Assembly: GCA_964276515.1 (NCBI GenBank)
Contig: OZ193909.1
Location: 13,330,001 to 13,394,000, forward strand
Reading direction: 5' to 3'
From: Gordius albopunctatus
Lineage: Eukaryota
Length of the DNA stretch: 64,000 nt
Of the stretch, positions 1 through 13,400 are shown in pieces (the stretch's first letter is position 1; the number at the start of each line of letters is the position of its first letter). The position numbers and the translations under genes were made by a program. The notes beneath the pieces were generated by a model that made no database searches, was not told where the DNA came from, and worked only from the letters and a program-made list of their open reading frames with translations.

Positions 1-671
1 CCTACATAAATAGTTAGCTAAGTTTACTTAACTCTGATTTAATGTTTGACTCGTGGCATATATCAACATAAGGGTTTGATTTAGAAAAGTGGGATATTTG
101 TTTGTTTAGTAAAGTTATCAAATAAGTTGCCGTTCTTAATTGGATCATCAAAACATAGAGTTTAATACAGTCCGTAAATGATATGGCTGAATAATAAATG
201 AAATTTAAAAAATTATTTGCCTGTATATATTAAAAAATTTATCAATATGTGGATAAGTACAAATTTTAAATACTCTATTCAATCACAAAATTAGTGACAA
301 ATATATAATCAGGCTGAACTATTGTACACTTGATAATAACTCGAACTGTGCACATATAAGAAGTTCGCTTTGCGCACTTATAGATTGTTGTCTATACGAG
401 TTCAAATAAGATAGACATAAGAATAACCATTATTATTAACAGTTTATTAATTGTATAAAATTAGGTTTCAGTAGATTTGCAAGATTTAAACAGTCCGTGA
501 GTTACTGCTTTAAATAATTTTAATGTATAAGGCAATCTGGGCGGGTATTATAATAATATGAGAAGTCTACACTTTTATAATAATGGCTGATACTTAATCT
601 TACTAGTGTTTAAAACAGCCCTCAAGCATGAGTGTTTTTCGATAAAACTTGGCCATTCTTAACGAAATCAT

Positions 672-848
672 ATGGATTTGAAAATTGCTCTATTTTGGCT
701 AACTTTTGTGGTTAATGGCAATTTTGTTTGTGCTGGAACATGGGATGGCGGCGATATTCTTGCCCTTTTAATTGGACTAGCAATTTCAATTATGGGTATT
801 TGTGCATGCTTAGGCAAGCATGCAAGACGTGCATCAGGAAATATATGA
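672..848 (+). CDS. SMIM30: Small integral membrane protein 30-like microprotein (DUF4730), 58 aa
   Basis: Hand translation: MDLKIALFWLTFVVNGNFVCAGTWDGGDILALLIGLAISIMGICACLGKHARRASGNI*. It has a hydrophobic N-terminus plus a TM segment. GDILALLIG..ISI.GICACLG..AR closely matches vertebrate SMIM30 as recalled (GDAIALLLGVVLSITGICACLGVYAR). A likely 5'UTR intron runs from GTGAGT at 497 to CAG at 618. Confidence 0.88.
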   Translation: MDLKIALFWLTFVVNGNFVCAGTWDGGDILALLIGLAISIMGICACLGKHARRASGNI

Positions 849-1560
849 AAGTCATGATTTAAAATTTATCAGGATTTTTTAATATCCTATCAATTTGTTA
901 GTTTAAATCTTGTAAAATACAATGTATTTATTAAATAAAAATAAATCTCAAAAGGGTTGTATTTTTTTGTTAAGTTTAAATGTCTTAAACAAAGTTTTTA
1001 ATTGTTATTAGGGAAGCAAGCTATTTATATAATGTTCTTTACTATTTATAATAAAAGATGCTATAAAGTAAATTGGTAATACATAGTTATTAATCATTTA
1101 TATAAATATTTGTTAACCTTTATGGCAAGTATTTTAATTCTTAATATTATCAATTTATTAAATATATCTATGAAATTTTTGTAGATTATGCTTAATATTA
1201 TAGGTCCATTAAATTTTATCACCAAAAATGTGCTGTTAAATTTTTAAATATTTCTGTTAGAATTATTACTATTAATATATTTCTAATATATTTAATATAA
1301 AATAAATCAATATTTAATTTGCTTAACATATGCCAAAACAGGAATACAGAGCTATATTAAATTAAGGCAGAAAAAATATAATATCCCTTTGTTGTTTAAT
1401 TTTTTGTGTCATATTATGAGACATATTAAACTTAGTTTAAAAATGCAAGAGAAAATTTTTGAAGCAAATTGTCTAAAATATCTAAAGCTTTGGCAAAATT
1501 ATTTAATTTATATAATCTATTGTTTTTGGCTTTTTTAGTGAGATTATATATATTTATATA

Positions 1561-1897
1561 CTAAACGAACCCGGCAAATGTTGTTTTGCTTATTACCCGG
1601 GTGTATTAAATTATGTTGGAATTTTAGGGCATATATGATGATAAAGCGGTTATTGAAGTAAAAATAAAGTTTGATGTCTACTATATGTTCTACTTCTATT
1701 GTTCTATTTCCGTATACAGTCCAACGCGTACGAATACTCGAAAACTACTAGACCGATTTGGCTCGAACAAATCTTAAAACATGCTCCGGAGTCTCAGGAA
1801 TAAACTGTGAAATTTTGAGCGAAATCGGTCTGGTAGTTTTCCAAAATTGGTGGCGGCCTATATACACACACACACAGTTTCATTTTTATATATAAGA
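1561..1897 (-). mobile_element. Non-autonomous Helitron-like element (short copy)
   Basis: On the minus strand it starts A|TCTTATATATAAAAATG followed by a (TG)n microsatellite, and ends ...TTTGCCGGGTTCGTTTAG|T. It sits between A and T with no TSD. Segments ~1628-1676 and ~1738-1897 recur at ~3374-3420 and ~4116-4275. Confidence 0.65.
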
Positions 1898-2745
1898 TTT
1901 CTATTTTGTTATCTATTAACAAGCAATGAAACAAGGCGGGAAATTTAAACTTAACTTATTTTTGAAAGCCCCAAACGTCAGCAATCAAATATATATGGGA
2001 TTGGGCAATAACAAATTGTTATAAGGACAGCCGCTATATAGTTTTAGCAATGGTATTATTTTACAAAAATTTAAATTTCTTTAACTAATTTTTGCAAATT
2101 CATATGCCATATAATTTTAGGTAGGCTTAATATAATCCCTTTAATTACATCGTTTTGTTGTTATTTAACTATATGCATTTCCCAGTTACGAGACGAGACG
2201 AGAATTCAAAAGATGGAGTCGAGATCGAGACGAGAATTTTGATGTCGAGACGAGACGAGATTTCTTCGGCGAGATCTCGGCTTTTTATGGATCGTTAGAT
2301 TTTAGTAAATTATTGTGTATTTTAATTTTAATGATTTACATTTAAGGTATTAAGTTTAAATCAATACGTATGGAATATATTTGACATTAAAAAAATTCCT
2401 GTAAATGTTATATTTTTTGCGGGATTTACCTAAGTATGGTTGACCCTTAGGGTATGTGAATAATTTTATAATATCTTTATCACATATTTAAATCCATAGC
2501 ATTATTAAATATTACAAAATTATAGGCTTAGAATGAGTTCTGATTGAATAGTAAATATAAACAAAGCATATTTATATTTCGCAGTTATTCATCCTGCATA
2601 ATGCGGTAATTATAAATTGGTGGTCAATCAATTTGAATAATTAAACTAGTTAAGCTAAGGTGGCTCGAGATTTTTTTAGCACCCGCTTAACGATTTCAAA
2701 AGTACAGTAGATTATTTAATGACACCGCAATAGATTAAATCTAAA

Positions 2746-4867
2746 TAGAGCTGTTAAAGTTGATCTTAGATATGAACGAGTTCAAGTTCATAGTTTAATT
2801 TGAAAAAATAAATTAGTTCAAGTTCATATTTTTTCAAAAGTAACTAGTTCAATCAAGTTCATCCAAAGAAAAGAACTAGTTCAGTTCTTAGTTCAAATTT
2901 TACAAAATAAACTAGTTCAAGTTCAGTTCATTTTTTTTAATATTATAGAAATTTAATCCAGTTGAAAAACGTTTTATCTGATCCAAAATTAGTTGTTTTT
3001 TTCAATTATTTAAACTTATTACTATTTATTTATTTTAAATTAAAAATAGTCCATTATAAAATCTAATTTAATAAACAATTTCAAATAAAGTTTTTTTATA
3101 CAAGAAGAAACAAACTACACGTGCAAAACATTTATTTTTCTGCAGTTGTACTGACATATTTGGGGGCCAACAACTTTGTACTAAGAATGTCTTTCATCCT
3201 TCCAGCTAATTTCATTACCCTTCCTGTGAGGGTTCGCCTACATATGGGTTTGATATTAGGATTGAATGTCCTTAATAATTCATTGAAATGTTGATCATCG
3301 CATAATGAAAATTGCTGATTGGCTTGGATAATATACTTAATAATTGCCATTTGGGTGGACCGTTTATCCATAGGCATATATGATGATAAAGCGGTTATTG
3401 AAGTAAAAATAAAATTTGATAATTTTTAAACAAATAGTTAAAGGGTGTCCAAGGTCCAGGCCCACCCAAGAGAGAAAACCTGGTCCCATGCCCCCCCGCC
3501 CAAGGGAAAAATCTTTGGCCCCCTGGCCCTTCAAGGAATTTTTTTATATTCTTTTGTAATTAAGAAACAATATCATAATTATAATTATTTGTTTCTGAAT
3601 AAAACTTTTAATTCTGAACTTAAAAATGTCCGAAGAACTGAGATATATCAACATTTATTGGCACTTTGTTGAAAGTATTTTCATTTTTCTCCTTATTTAA
3701 CGCGCAAAAAATGACAAAATTAGATTTTTAAATTTATTTAGCCACGCAGGAGGGGATACGACCATCTTATAATCTCATGAAAATTTTTGGATAGTCGAGA
3801 AAATGTTTTTTTTTTAATCTGACCCCCCCCCCCCCCAATTCAAAACCTGTAATGTTTCAAATCGTAAAAAGTTTCAATTTTCCGCAGCACATGCCTAATC
3901 GAAGAATGGAAAAATACAATTAGAAAGAAATTTTATTTATTTCAAGTTTAATTGATAAATTTTATGTTGACACCGTTAAAAAAAGATGACGTTTTAGAAA
4001 ATACTATAAGTGAGACACTTTTACTAAAGAACTGTATATATTCAAATTTTCAAAGAACACGATGAGGTTGCGTTTGATTGACATTTTAATTGCAAAACGT
4101 ATAAAACAAAATATCTCGAAAACTACTGGACCGATTTGGCTCGAACAAATCTTAAAACATGCTACGGAGTGTGAGGAATAAACTCTGAAATTTTGAGCCA
4201 AATCGGTCTGGTAGTTCTCCAAAATTTGTGGCGGCACATATACAAACATACATAGTTTCATTTTTATATATAAGATTTATACGAATACTCATTTATTAAT
4301 TATTACCTTATGTCTCCCTAGATTGGCTGTTGATGTTCTTGATGCAGCAATAATCTTCTTACCTACACACAATTTACACCTGGCCTTGATAGAATTTTTA
4401 TTAGACGTTACGAATTTAAAATAATCTTCCATCGAAGGCCAAGGTAAAGAGTTGGGTAGATCAAAACATGCTGCATCATTCACACTATCCACTTCGGAGG
4501 ATATTTTAGAAGTAGAACTAGAAGTAGAACCACTATCAATATCCATCTTTAAAAATTAAAATTAAACAAATAATTCTTACTGACAAAAATACAGGTTCGA
4601 TTGTAGTTTTCTATAAATATTTAAAGGCGCGTTTAATAAATCCTCTTGTTTATAAATTCAATTTAAATAATAATTTTTGTGATAAACTGGTTCATTTATA
4701 TTGTAAAGTTCAAGTTTATAATAGTAAAAAAGTAACTAGTTCATAGTTCAACTTTAAAAAAACGAACTAGTTCAAGTTCATAGTTCAATTTTTGGAAAGG
4801 TAACTAGTTCAGTTCGAAGTTCAGTAAAAAGTGAACTAGTTCAATGAACTAGTTCTTAACAGCTCTA
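2746..4867 (-). mobile_element. Internally deleted hAT (BED-finger) DNA transposon
   Basis: 12-bp TIRs TAGAGCTGTTAA/TTAACAGCTCTA and a perfect 8-bp TSD AATCTAAA (2738-2745, 4868-4875). Subterminal GAACTAGTTC/AGTTCA arrays are present. Transposase remnants lie at 4289-4546 (BED-like ARCKLC...STANLGRH) and 3132-3377 (QQFSLCDDQHF...CRRTL...YVSTTA). Confidence 0.88.
3374..4275 (-). mobile_element. Helitron-like element, longer 3'-truncated copy inside the hAT transposase intron
   Basis: Shares the 5' ~160 bp and an internal ~47 bp block with the 1561-1897 copy. It lacks the TTAG terminus. Confidence 0.6.
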
Positions 4868-5799
4868 AATCTAAAGCATGGGTTTTCTATAAGTTTTATG
4901 CTTCAACTATATTCGATAAATAACTATTTAATGTCAAAGTTAGTTAGAATTGGAAGATAATTATTTGGAATATAAATTTGATTTTAATGATTTTTGTCAT
5001 AAATTTAAATACGTGCAATTAAGAGTTTAAAACCTCATATTCCTAATCCTATAATAATGATGCTTTTATTGTTGTTTCTACCCGTTTTTATATGTGCATC
5101 TAGTTATCAATTCTGTAAATAATAATATTATCAATTAACAGTCACTCGCACATTGTGGTTTATAACGCTATAGTAAACATGCAATAAACACTATGGGCTA
5201 TAATTAATAATGGTACTAATGGACTTAAATGTTTGCCTTAAATATGTTTAGGTCTACTTTGAAGCTTTAGCCAGGGTTAATAAAGGGTCTCAATTTGCTA
5301 AATTGTGCAACTAAGTCAACTATAACCGAAATTATTATTTTCTAAGTCTATATAGTTGACAAAAAACGTTATAATTTGCTAGAACAATAAAATTGAATTT
5401 TCTATACTTCAAATTTATTTATAGTTTTTTAGTCTGCACTGCACTTTCCATAGAAAATTTTATTTTTTTTTGAATGAATTCATATCTTTATATTGACAAT
5501 GAGATTTCGTGTCCCGCTAAATCTTTAAAAAGTTTGTGTATTAAAGTTTATCAAAAAATATAAAAATTTGCCATTTTAATTTTTAAAACTTATTTAATAT
5601 TTTTAATAAAACAGGAGAAATTTTTATTCCGTATATATTTTTTTTAAAAAGTCGAGACGAGAATTCTCGTCGAGACGAGATCGAGATTTACATAATCGCT
5701 GCCGAGACGAGACGAGATTTTGTTTTCGAGACCGAGACGCGACGAGATCGAAACACTAATTGCGGGTAAATTATTTTGATGGGCTCGGAACAACCCAGG

Positions 5800-8700
5800 G
5801 TTTATATATTTGTAAAAGCTGGCTGATTGACCTAAAGGGACCCGTCGCGGGTCTCTAATTTTGCATCCTCATATGTAAGTCGAAGGTAAACGAAAGAGGG
5901 AAATCTTTGGGAACACAATATTGATATGGACTTTAAAAGGTACGAGTTCAAGCGTGATAAAGAAATCACACAAAGGAATAGCTGATCATTAAGTTTGGCA
6001 AACCGTTGTGGATTTTTTTTTATAATTCTCACTCGTGTAAAATTTATAGGAAAAATGCTAGCTACGCTACTGCATACGACATAGCAGTTAACACTTCTTG
6101 TTAGCGAAGATTTTATGGTGACATACAGAAGTGGAAAGTATATAAAACAAATTGATCTGCTTATACGGCAAAAGGATTTATGCAGGATTAAGGATTGCAC
6201 AATAATATTGGGTGAATAGGTTCGAAAAACTGTATTTTTGGATAGAAGTAATGTGTAACCTCAAATTATATACAGAATACTAAAGGATACTTCAACAGGC
6301 GATAAATGACCAAAATACTTCCACGCTTTATTACCATGATGTTGGAGCAGAAAACTAGGAATGGGAGATCTGAATACTAAGGAAAAACGCAGTCATACGG
6401 CTTTTAGAAACAGACAAAAGGAGCCAAAATTTTGAATAGAAAAACATGATGAAATTACCATTGGTAATTTAATCAATAGGTTTGGGATATCAACGAAAGG
6501 AAGAAAACTCTAGAGACGGTGACATTCTGAAAGATAGGATTATTATAAAATCTATATGGAGACAAAGAAAGTAGCGAAGAAAACCATTACAAGGATGAAG
6601 AATGATGGTCCGCAAATCATAAAGGGGATGACAGGCATATATACGAATTGGACAAGGGACAGTAAAGTCGCGATAATTGGCTACTTGGGGAAGTGGAGGT
6701 TCATGTCTAATTTGAAAACCTCATACACATGCCTGTTTTGAAAACTTTAAAATGGTACGAATTTTTATAAGAAGTATGAAAAAGTTCAAATTGTAAGTTT
6801 TTAATTTTGAAACCCAAATTTTGGTATATATTTTCTTATAAACTTGTTATTTATAAAAACATTGCATCAAAAACTACTTTGAATGCTAAGAGCAAGCTTG
6901 AAGTCCGAAATAGGTTTTCCAATGATTAAAAAAGAGACTATTGCAAAATAATATAAAAATTCTAGAATAATGGACCTAATTTCAAATATTTCTTATTATA
7001 TGGACATAACAATTTGACAAGCTCAGCAAAAATTTGACAGAGCAAAGTAATGCATCAAGCATTCAAAAATGTTTTTATTTAATTAACACAAAATATTTTA
7101 AAGTTTATAATTGATGTTAAGTGTGGAAACGTTATATGAGACAGCAAAATGTAAAAGGCAAACTTTAAGGGATGAGAAGAATTCGGCGACTAGAAGAACC
7201 TACGCGGAAATGCAGAAGAATATCTTAAATTAGAGAGACACCATTTTTGGGCAATTCGAAATACTCGTCAAAACTCAAGTAGAGCCTAAAAGAAATTCAA
7301 ATAAAACTGTCCTGTTTTTAAGAAATTATAATGGATAACAGGAGCACTCAATAGGGGTTTCAAAGGGAAACTTATCTAAGCGTGATAGCAAGAAACCGAG
7401 TGCGAGAGCAGGCCATGACGATCGAGACTATAAAACCCGGACTGAATGATTGAGTGACGCAGTTGATTTGGGGAATATGCTGAGACAAGCAGCAACCCCT
7501 ATGCCGAAGCTAACTCCCACATTAAACCATGCTTTACATATTTTAACGATAGACATTCGTATCAATAATTATTTCTACTAATTCATTTTTTGTTGTCGGA
7601 GCTATGGTATCAAATATACCCTTAAAGATATTGAAATAGCAGATACCATATAGAGGCCATACTTGTGGTGTAGATATGACCCCCTAGAAATGAGAATAGT
7701 GGTGAAAATAGAGCCTAAGTTCGTGAGTGTAATACCAAGAAACCTGTTATCATTGATAAAGGACGTAATAGACCAATGCTCCTCGAAATCGGTTGAAACA
7801 AAGAATATTAACCGGGCATTTTCCAAAGAGTACGAAAAAAGCAAAAACAGCTGTGCAAAGTTTCGCCGTCTTACATACGATTAAACAATGGGGTCTAGAT
7901 AAAAAAAGTATTGAAAGCGGCGGAGGGAATATATGTACCATCAAAAGATGACACAGTGCCAATCTTATATCTGAAAGATAGGGGGCGTTGACCTGAAAGA
8001 AAGAAAGAAATTGGAAAAATTAATATAGGGTTAGAAACGGCCTAATTAAACTTTTTTTTCATCCAGGCCGCCTCCGTGATGTCCGTGATGAAGAGCGACG
8101 GGGCATAGCGTTATCCATCGTATATCGCTATATCACAAATAAATGTGTCAATCAAGGATGATGTAATCGTTAGATAAAATCGACAATTTGCAAAATAAAG
8201 TAGATCATACATATTCCTAAAATATTTAAAGCTTGAATCAGAGATAAACCAACGATTTACGATATCTACACATAAATGTTATTCAAAAGTAAATTATATG
8301 CCTTTTCGTTTAAACTTAGCCGCAATTCCAAATGATCAATGGATGACCTATTTGTAGGTATAGACGGACCTATTAATATTAGGTTAAACCCAAGAGAAAT
8401 GAGTGCTCGAGGTAATTAAAATATTACGCAACGGGGAGTAGACAGTGTAACGAAGTGGCCGGCCGGTAGAACCCTAAGCTCCCGTATACTAGGCTCCCGT
8501 ATAACACTAACTCCGATTCTAAACCAAGAGACTAAGTCAAAAGACAGAGACTGTTTTATTAGGTGGATAAGGCTTTATATACACATAGCGAAGGACATAT
8601 ATAAAAGTAGTAATCAAATAAGAGATAAAGTACGGTGTAAACTAAGGTATATTCAAATGGCTAAGCGTATATTCAAATATCTGTTACCGCGCTCAAGCAT

Positions 8701-9150
8701 AGGAAAAACGCGTGTATTCAAATTGCAACCTTGAATGCCGCTACACAACAGACAGTTTGAACACCAGGGGAGAATTTGAAAGGCCAAAACCTTAAGAGAA
8801 GCAACAAGCTATAGAGGTGGTGTTAATTTAAAGAAGTTTAACTAAGAGTATAGCTTTGAAAAAAAGCAAATCAATGAGTACCGTAAATAAAAAGATGGGA
8901 TCTTATTGTTTTGTGATATATGATCAATTTATCACAATGAAGGATGGGACAACATGGTAAATTCAGGACCCAAAACCAAATACGTACTTATATCATTTAC
9001 GCTTGCGGAAGATATTAAAAATTAGTTTATTCCATTGAAGTCGGTGAGACAGCAAATATTAGGCGATTCAGGCTTATTATGGATAACGTAACGAAGTAAA
9101 GCCTTCCATAAAGCTTTTCACAATTTATTATCTCCCAGAGCGTTCCTCCT
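5800..9150 (+). mobile_element. Possible highly decayed LTR-retrotransposon internal region
   Basis: Purine-rich, codon-like sequence riddled with stops. A protease-like remnant FVVGAMVSNIP occurs near 7590-7620. No intact domain. Confidence 0.3.
8446..8750 (-). mobile_element. Solo LTR
   Basis: TG...CA ends (TGTAACG ... CGCTACA-CAACA) flanked by a 5-bp direct repeat GACAG (8441-8445, 8751-8755). TATA-like and AATAAA signals occur on the minus strand near 8555-8580. Confidence 0.55.
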
Positions 9151-9159
9151 TAACACTTA

Positions 9160-10122
9160 TGTAGTGAAACGACTACAATTACCTCGAAAGGAATTTAATA
9201 GGGATATGCAAAGGTTAAAGGAGAAAGAATACATAAGGAGAATTAACTTGCATTTAAATGTTTATCGTTACTTACAAAACTTATTGATATATGAATGCGC
9301 AATTTATATATTCACTTCAGTTATAACTTCACTATTATAAAATACACTACCAACCCTTTTTACAATATAGCTGGTAACCCTGCCTTTCGGGGAAGCCGTC
9401 CTTTTTATTCCTCCCCGAACACTTTCTGTAGAATCGGCATAAAGTTTAATGCAACTCGGATAGATTGGGCACTGCTTCTCAAGCCATTACCAAATGACAC
9501 TGGCACTGAAATGATCGAGATGCAATAATCAACCCCTTCAACCACTCAATAATCTCGATCTACACATGTCCCAAAGCTGTGAGAACAAAGCTGCCTACCT
9601 ATTGTTAAATCGATGAAAACCTAAACGCTTTACTACCCTTCTTCCAACAACTTTTGCAACGCGTGCTGGAGAATGAAATTGTCCACTGCTCCTAATGACC
9701 ATATTCACATCACAAAAAATTTAACACAACACCTGTACGACCTGTTATAAGCATAGACTTACGAAATTTTGGCAAAACAATGCATGACACAAATAACAAC
9801 ATTTCATTGGACTGCCGCTAAAGAGATGACCTATCCATAATATACAGAACTGTCACCACTAAAAAGATTTTTCCTATAAATTAATATTTTTTTCTTTTTA
9901 GAGGGGGAATATCTGTAGTGAAACGACATCATTTACCTCAAAAGAGATTTAGTAGGGATACGCACAAGGTTAAAAGAGAAAGAATAAGTGAGGAGAATTA
10001 ACATGCATTTGAATTTTATTGTTACTTACAACACTTACTGATATATAAATGCGCGATATTTATATTTCTTATTATTGTTATGGATTCGATATAATAAAAT
10101 ATCTACCAACCCCTTTACTATA
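9160..10122 (+). mobile_element. Small non-coding LTR element (TRIM-like)
   Basis: Two diverged ~205-bp direct repeats (9160-9367 and 9914-10122), both starting TGTAGTGAAACGAC. A TGG PBS-like start follows the first repeat, and a polypurine tract GAGGGGGAA immediately precedes the second. No clear TSD. Confidence 0.72.
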
Positions 10123-10338
10123 TTTTAATTAAACTCTTATTGAATACTAACAATCACACATATTGGATTAGACTCAAGAGTTTATATTAAATATATTATA
10201 AGCTAATAAAATTTGTATTAATTTATAATGCAAGCATTTTTTCAAAACTGTATAACAAATTTTTAATTTTATTATAAATTCGGTTTAGGCAGCTGATTTG
10301 GAAATTTGCACCTTTACTATAATCATATTGCTTTTGAT

Positions 10339-10440
10339 ATGACTAAATTAAAAAAGCAAGATATTGAGCTATTGACCAAGATAATTAAGCAATGGAATTC
10401 TGATAGATTAGATTTATTCGAAATATCGGTGCCTAATGAA
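10339..10440 (+). CDS. AFDN: Afadin first coding exon (not in the ORF track)
   Basis: MTKLKKQDIELLTKIIKQWNSDRLDLFEISVPNE, then a GTAATT donor. It matches the conserved afadin N-terminus and joins DGEFYGVMRFYFQ at 22757 in phase 0. Confidence 0.9.
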
Positions 10441-13400
10441 GTAATTTCTTAATTTTGTCTATTATCCTTTATTTTTTACTCTAGAATTTTCTACTATTTA
10501 TTTAGTTATAATTCTAAAAACATCTCTAGTTGATAAACTTGTCATTACCAATTTATATTATATCCTCTCTAATTTAATTATATTCAATAAATTATTTTAA
10601 AATATCTATCTAACATTTTCTTTATATTTTATCATACCAAATGTAAATTTTATTTATTTTTACAACTTCTTTTTTAACTTTTAAACTGAGTTCTCTTTGT
10701 ATTATTTTTATTCCTCAAGAATTATTAAGCTATGGATTCAACACAGTGATTTTTATGTGTTTGCTTTTGATATAAAGTATTTATATTTCAATTAAATCAA
10801 AATGTACTATTATTTGTAACCAATAAACTTAAACCTATTAACAAATTATATATCCAACAAATCTATGGTATAAGGATTTAAATTTAGTATGGGGGAGATA
10901 AAAAGTTTGATATTAAAAAAGGGGAGAGATACATGGGCTTAGCCAGGGGAGGATGGGAGGGGCGGCTGCCCCCCTCTAAATCCAATTTTTGTTTAAAATT
11001 TATTAAAATTATGGCCAAAATTTCAAAAAGTTATCATTTTACCTCTTCCTAAATATTTATTGCCCCCCCCCTCTAAATCCATGGAGAGGTACAACAAAAA
11101 TTTTTTTACATTTTAATTTTATAGTAAATAGTATTAAATTGTATATGGAACCTCCCTGTCTACCCCTATGGTCAATTTGTTAATCTTATTATACATAATG
11201 CCTAAGATCAAAGTTGAGTGCCGCCACAATGACATTTATCCACTTGTGACATTATGACTACTACCAACGAAATTCCCCCTTTTTGATCTCATATTACACA
11301 CACGGTTGAATTATGCATTAAATTACTTTGACTTAACATCCAATATTGACAAATACCTTATCATCATCCATCCATCTTACATAGTTCAAATTTAAATCAC
11401 GTTTGTTATCGCGATTTCCCTACTATCAAAATTATGAGGAAGTTATTTAATCCTTTTCAACTTTAACCAAATTTTTTTAATTTATTTCAAAAGTGGGGGG
11501 GGGGCAGCTGCCTCCTCCTAGTTACGCCCATCAAGATTGAATCAATTTTTAAAATTCTTTGCAATTTCAAAATATTTGTGGAATTTATTGAAATTTCCCT
11601 AATTAATTGTTTCGGCAAAACGAAATTCCAACCTAACTAATTAACTAACGCCAAATATCGACCTTAATTAAAAACCTTTCTTTCCGCACCACCGAGCCAA
11701 CATGCGTCAGCTACCTCATCTCATGGCATGGGGTGTTGAATTTGCGTTTTTTCACACATTTCATAACACACATATATGTAATTGGTGAAGTAAATAACTG
11801 ACCATTTGGTAGCTGATTATTATTATTGATTGGTACCATATGAGTCTCGGGATTTTACGCTTGATATCCTGCCACCATTCTAGGTTCGGGAAGGATTTTA
11901 CTGATTGCATAGCAATTAAAAATTAGCGCAGAATGATGATGGGGGGGGGAAGTAGATGTGGTATAAATTATACTACTACATAATTATAGCAGCTATAGGT
12001 TAAAAGGGTTGTAGTTCGGTAAGTTTTGTATTGTAATAAGTTAGTTGACGGTTGGAATGAAATATCGTACGTAAGATATCCTATTGCCCTTAGGCCCACG
12101 TATTCAATCAAATATTGAGTACCTTTTAAACGAAGGAGAGCTTAAAGACTTTATATTTTTCCGTGGGCTTAGAGGGGTAGATGCCCCCCCCCCCTCTAAA
12201 TCCAAAATTTGTTGAAATCTATTAGAATATGGCTAAATTTTTAAAAAATGAATATTTTGCCCCTCCCTAAATCATTAATATTACCCTTTCCTAATCCCAA
12301 AGCTGGCCAGGCCCATGGATTTATTCTAAAACATCTTAAAGGAACTAAACTTTTCAAGTCCAATTAATTTGGCCATAATTAGCATGGGCTTACCCATGTT
12401 TGGAATTAGAATCGACAGAACTACTTTAGGGAGGGGTAAATGATGATTTAAGAAATTCTGTATTTAGATGTACCTCTTGCATACATGGGCTTCTTACGTA
12501 CCCATCATTTTATGAATTAGGGGGGGGGGCAAAATGATCATTTTTTGAAATTTAGCCATAATTTTGATAAATTTCAACAAATTTTTGCATTTATAGGGGG
12601 GGGGCAGTCGCCCGCCCCCTTTGGTTACGCCCATCCGCTCGCATTACTAAACCAAAATATTAGCTCGCCGTAGTTTTAACGCGCGAGGAATGAGAATTTC
12701 ACGTATATATTATCATTTTTTAGAATTTCATAGAGGCTTTAAAAGATTAATTTAGACTATAACTACAGTCAAGTATGGACTTTGTTTAAATGTCATGGTT
12801 CACCCCTTTTCCTCCAAAATTAACCAAATATAGCTCCCCGAACATCACTAAAGAGTTTTTTAGTTTTTGATCCATCCTTGATCTAAATTGTGTCAATTCG
12901 CGTTGTCGTCTCGTCGTAAGATAAAGGGAAAATTACCTAACTTACCTCCCCCCTAATAGCTATACCCCGTCATTGTTCGTTCTTCCTTCGATTCGATTTA
13001 ATATATGGAATACTACCGTAATAGGGGTATATATAGCACAAAGAGTAAATGCTATATAGAATTGAGGTTAAATAGCGGGGGGGGGGGGGGGGTTGAACGG
13101 GTACAAAGCCCCCCCCCCCCAGAGAGACAAGTAAATTATCTAGTTAATTATAATGGATCCCATAAGTACGAAGACGACGCTTGAATGAAATAAGCTTAAT
13201 ATACTTTTAAGAGATTTATAGTCAACAGGAATATTAGAAGGAGTTAAATAAAAAAATGAAAGTAGTCATCATTAGAATATGTAATCGAATAAACAAAAAA
13301 AATAAACAAAAAAATCTCCTAAAAGTATTCTATACCAAGGAAAAAATCTATTAAGCTATAGTTAATAATAAAATTTCAATTAGCTTGATGATGCTCATAT

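Larger units (their letters stand above)
2183..5758. mobile_element. Degenerate MITE/DNA transposon with GAGAC/CGAGA subterminal arrays (outer host of a nested cluster)
   Basis: Arrays of GAGACGAGA at ~2189-2280 and ~5652-5750. The right end AAACACTA is the reverse complement of a hAT-like TAGTGTT terminus. The left terminus and TSD are not recognisable. Confidence 0.5.

Noticed and set aside
1..160. Minus-strand branch point and acceptor (GCTAAC...TATGTAG) at the window edge and a short frame MIQLRTATYLITLLNKQ...
   Set aside because: May belong to a gene left of the window, but there is no homology or length to support a call.
2760..2930. Repeated AGTTCA/GAACTAGTTC units (and the GAGAC arrays) resembling a CRISPR or tandem array
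   Set aside because: Units are irregular, lack unique spacers and are subterminal repeats of a TIR element with a TSD in a eukaryotic genome.
13077..13120. Long G run followed by a C run (G-quadruplex or hairpin candidate)
   Set aside because: G/C homopolymers are ubiquitous in this window, mostly MITE-derived, and their lengths are assembly-sensitive.
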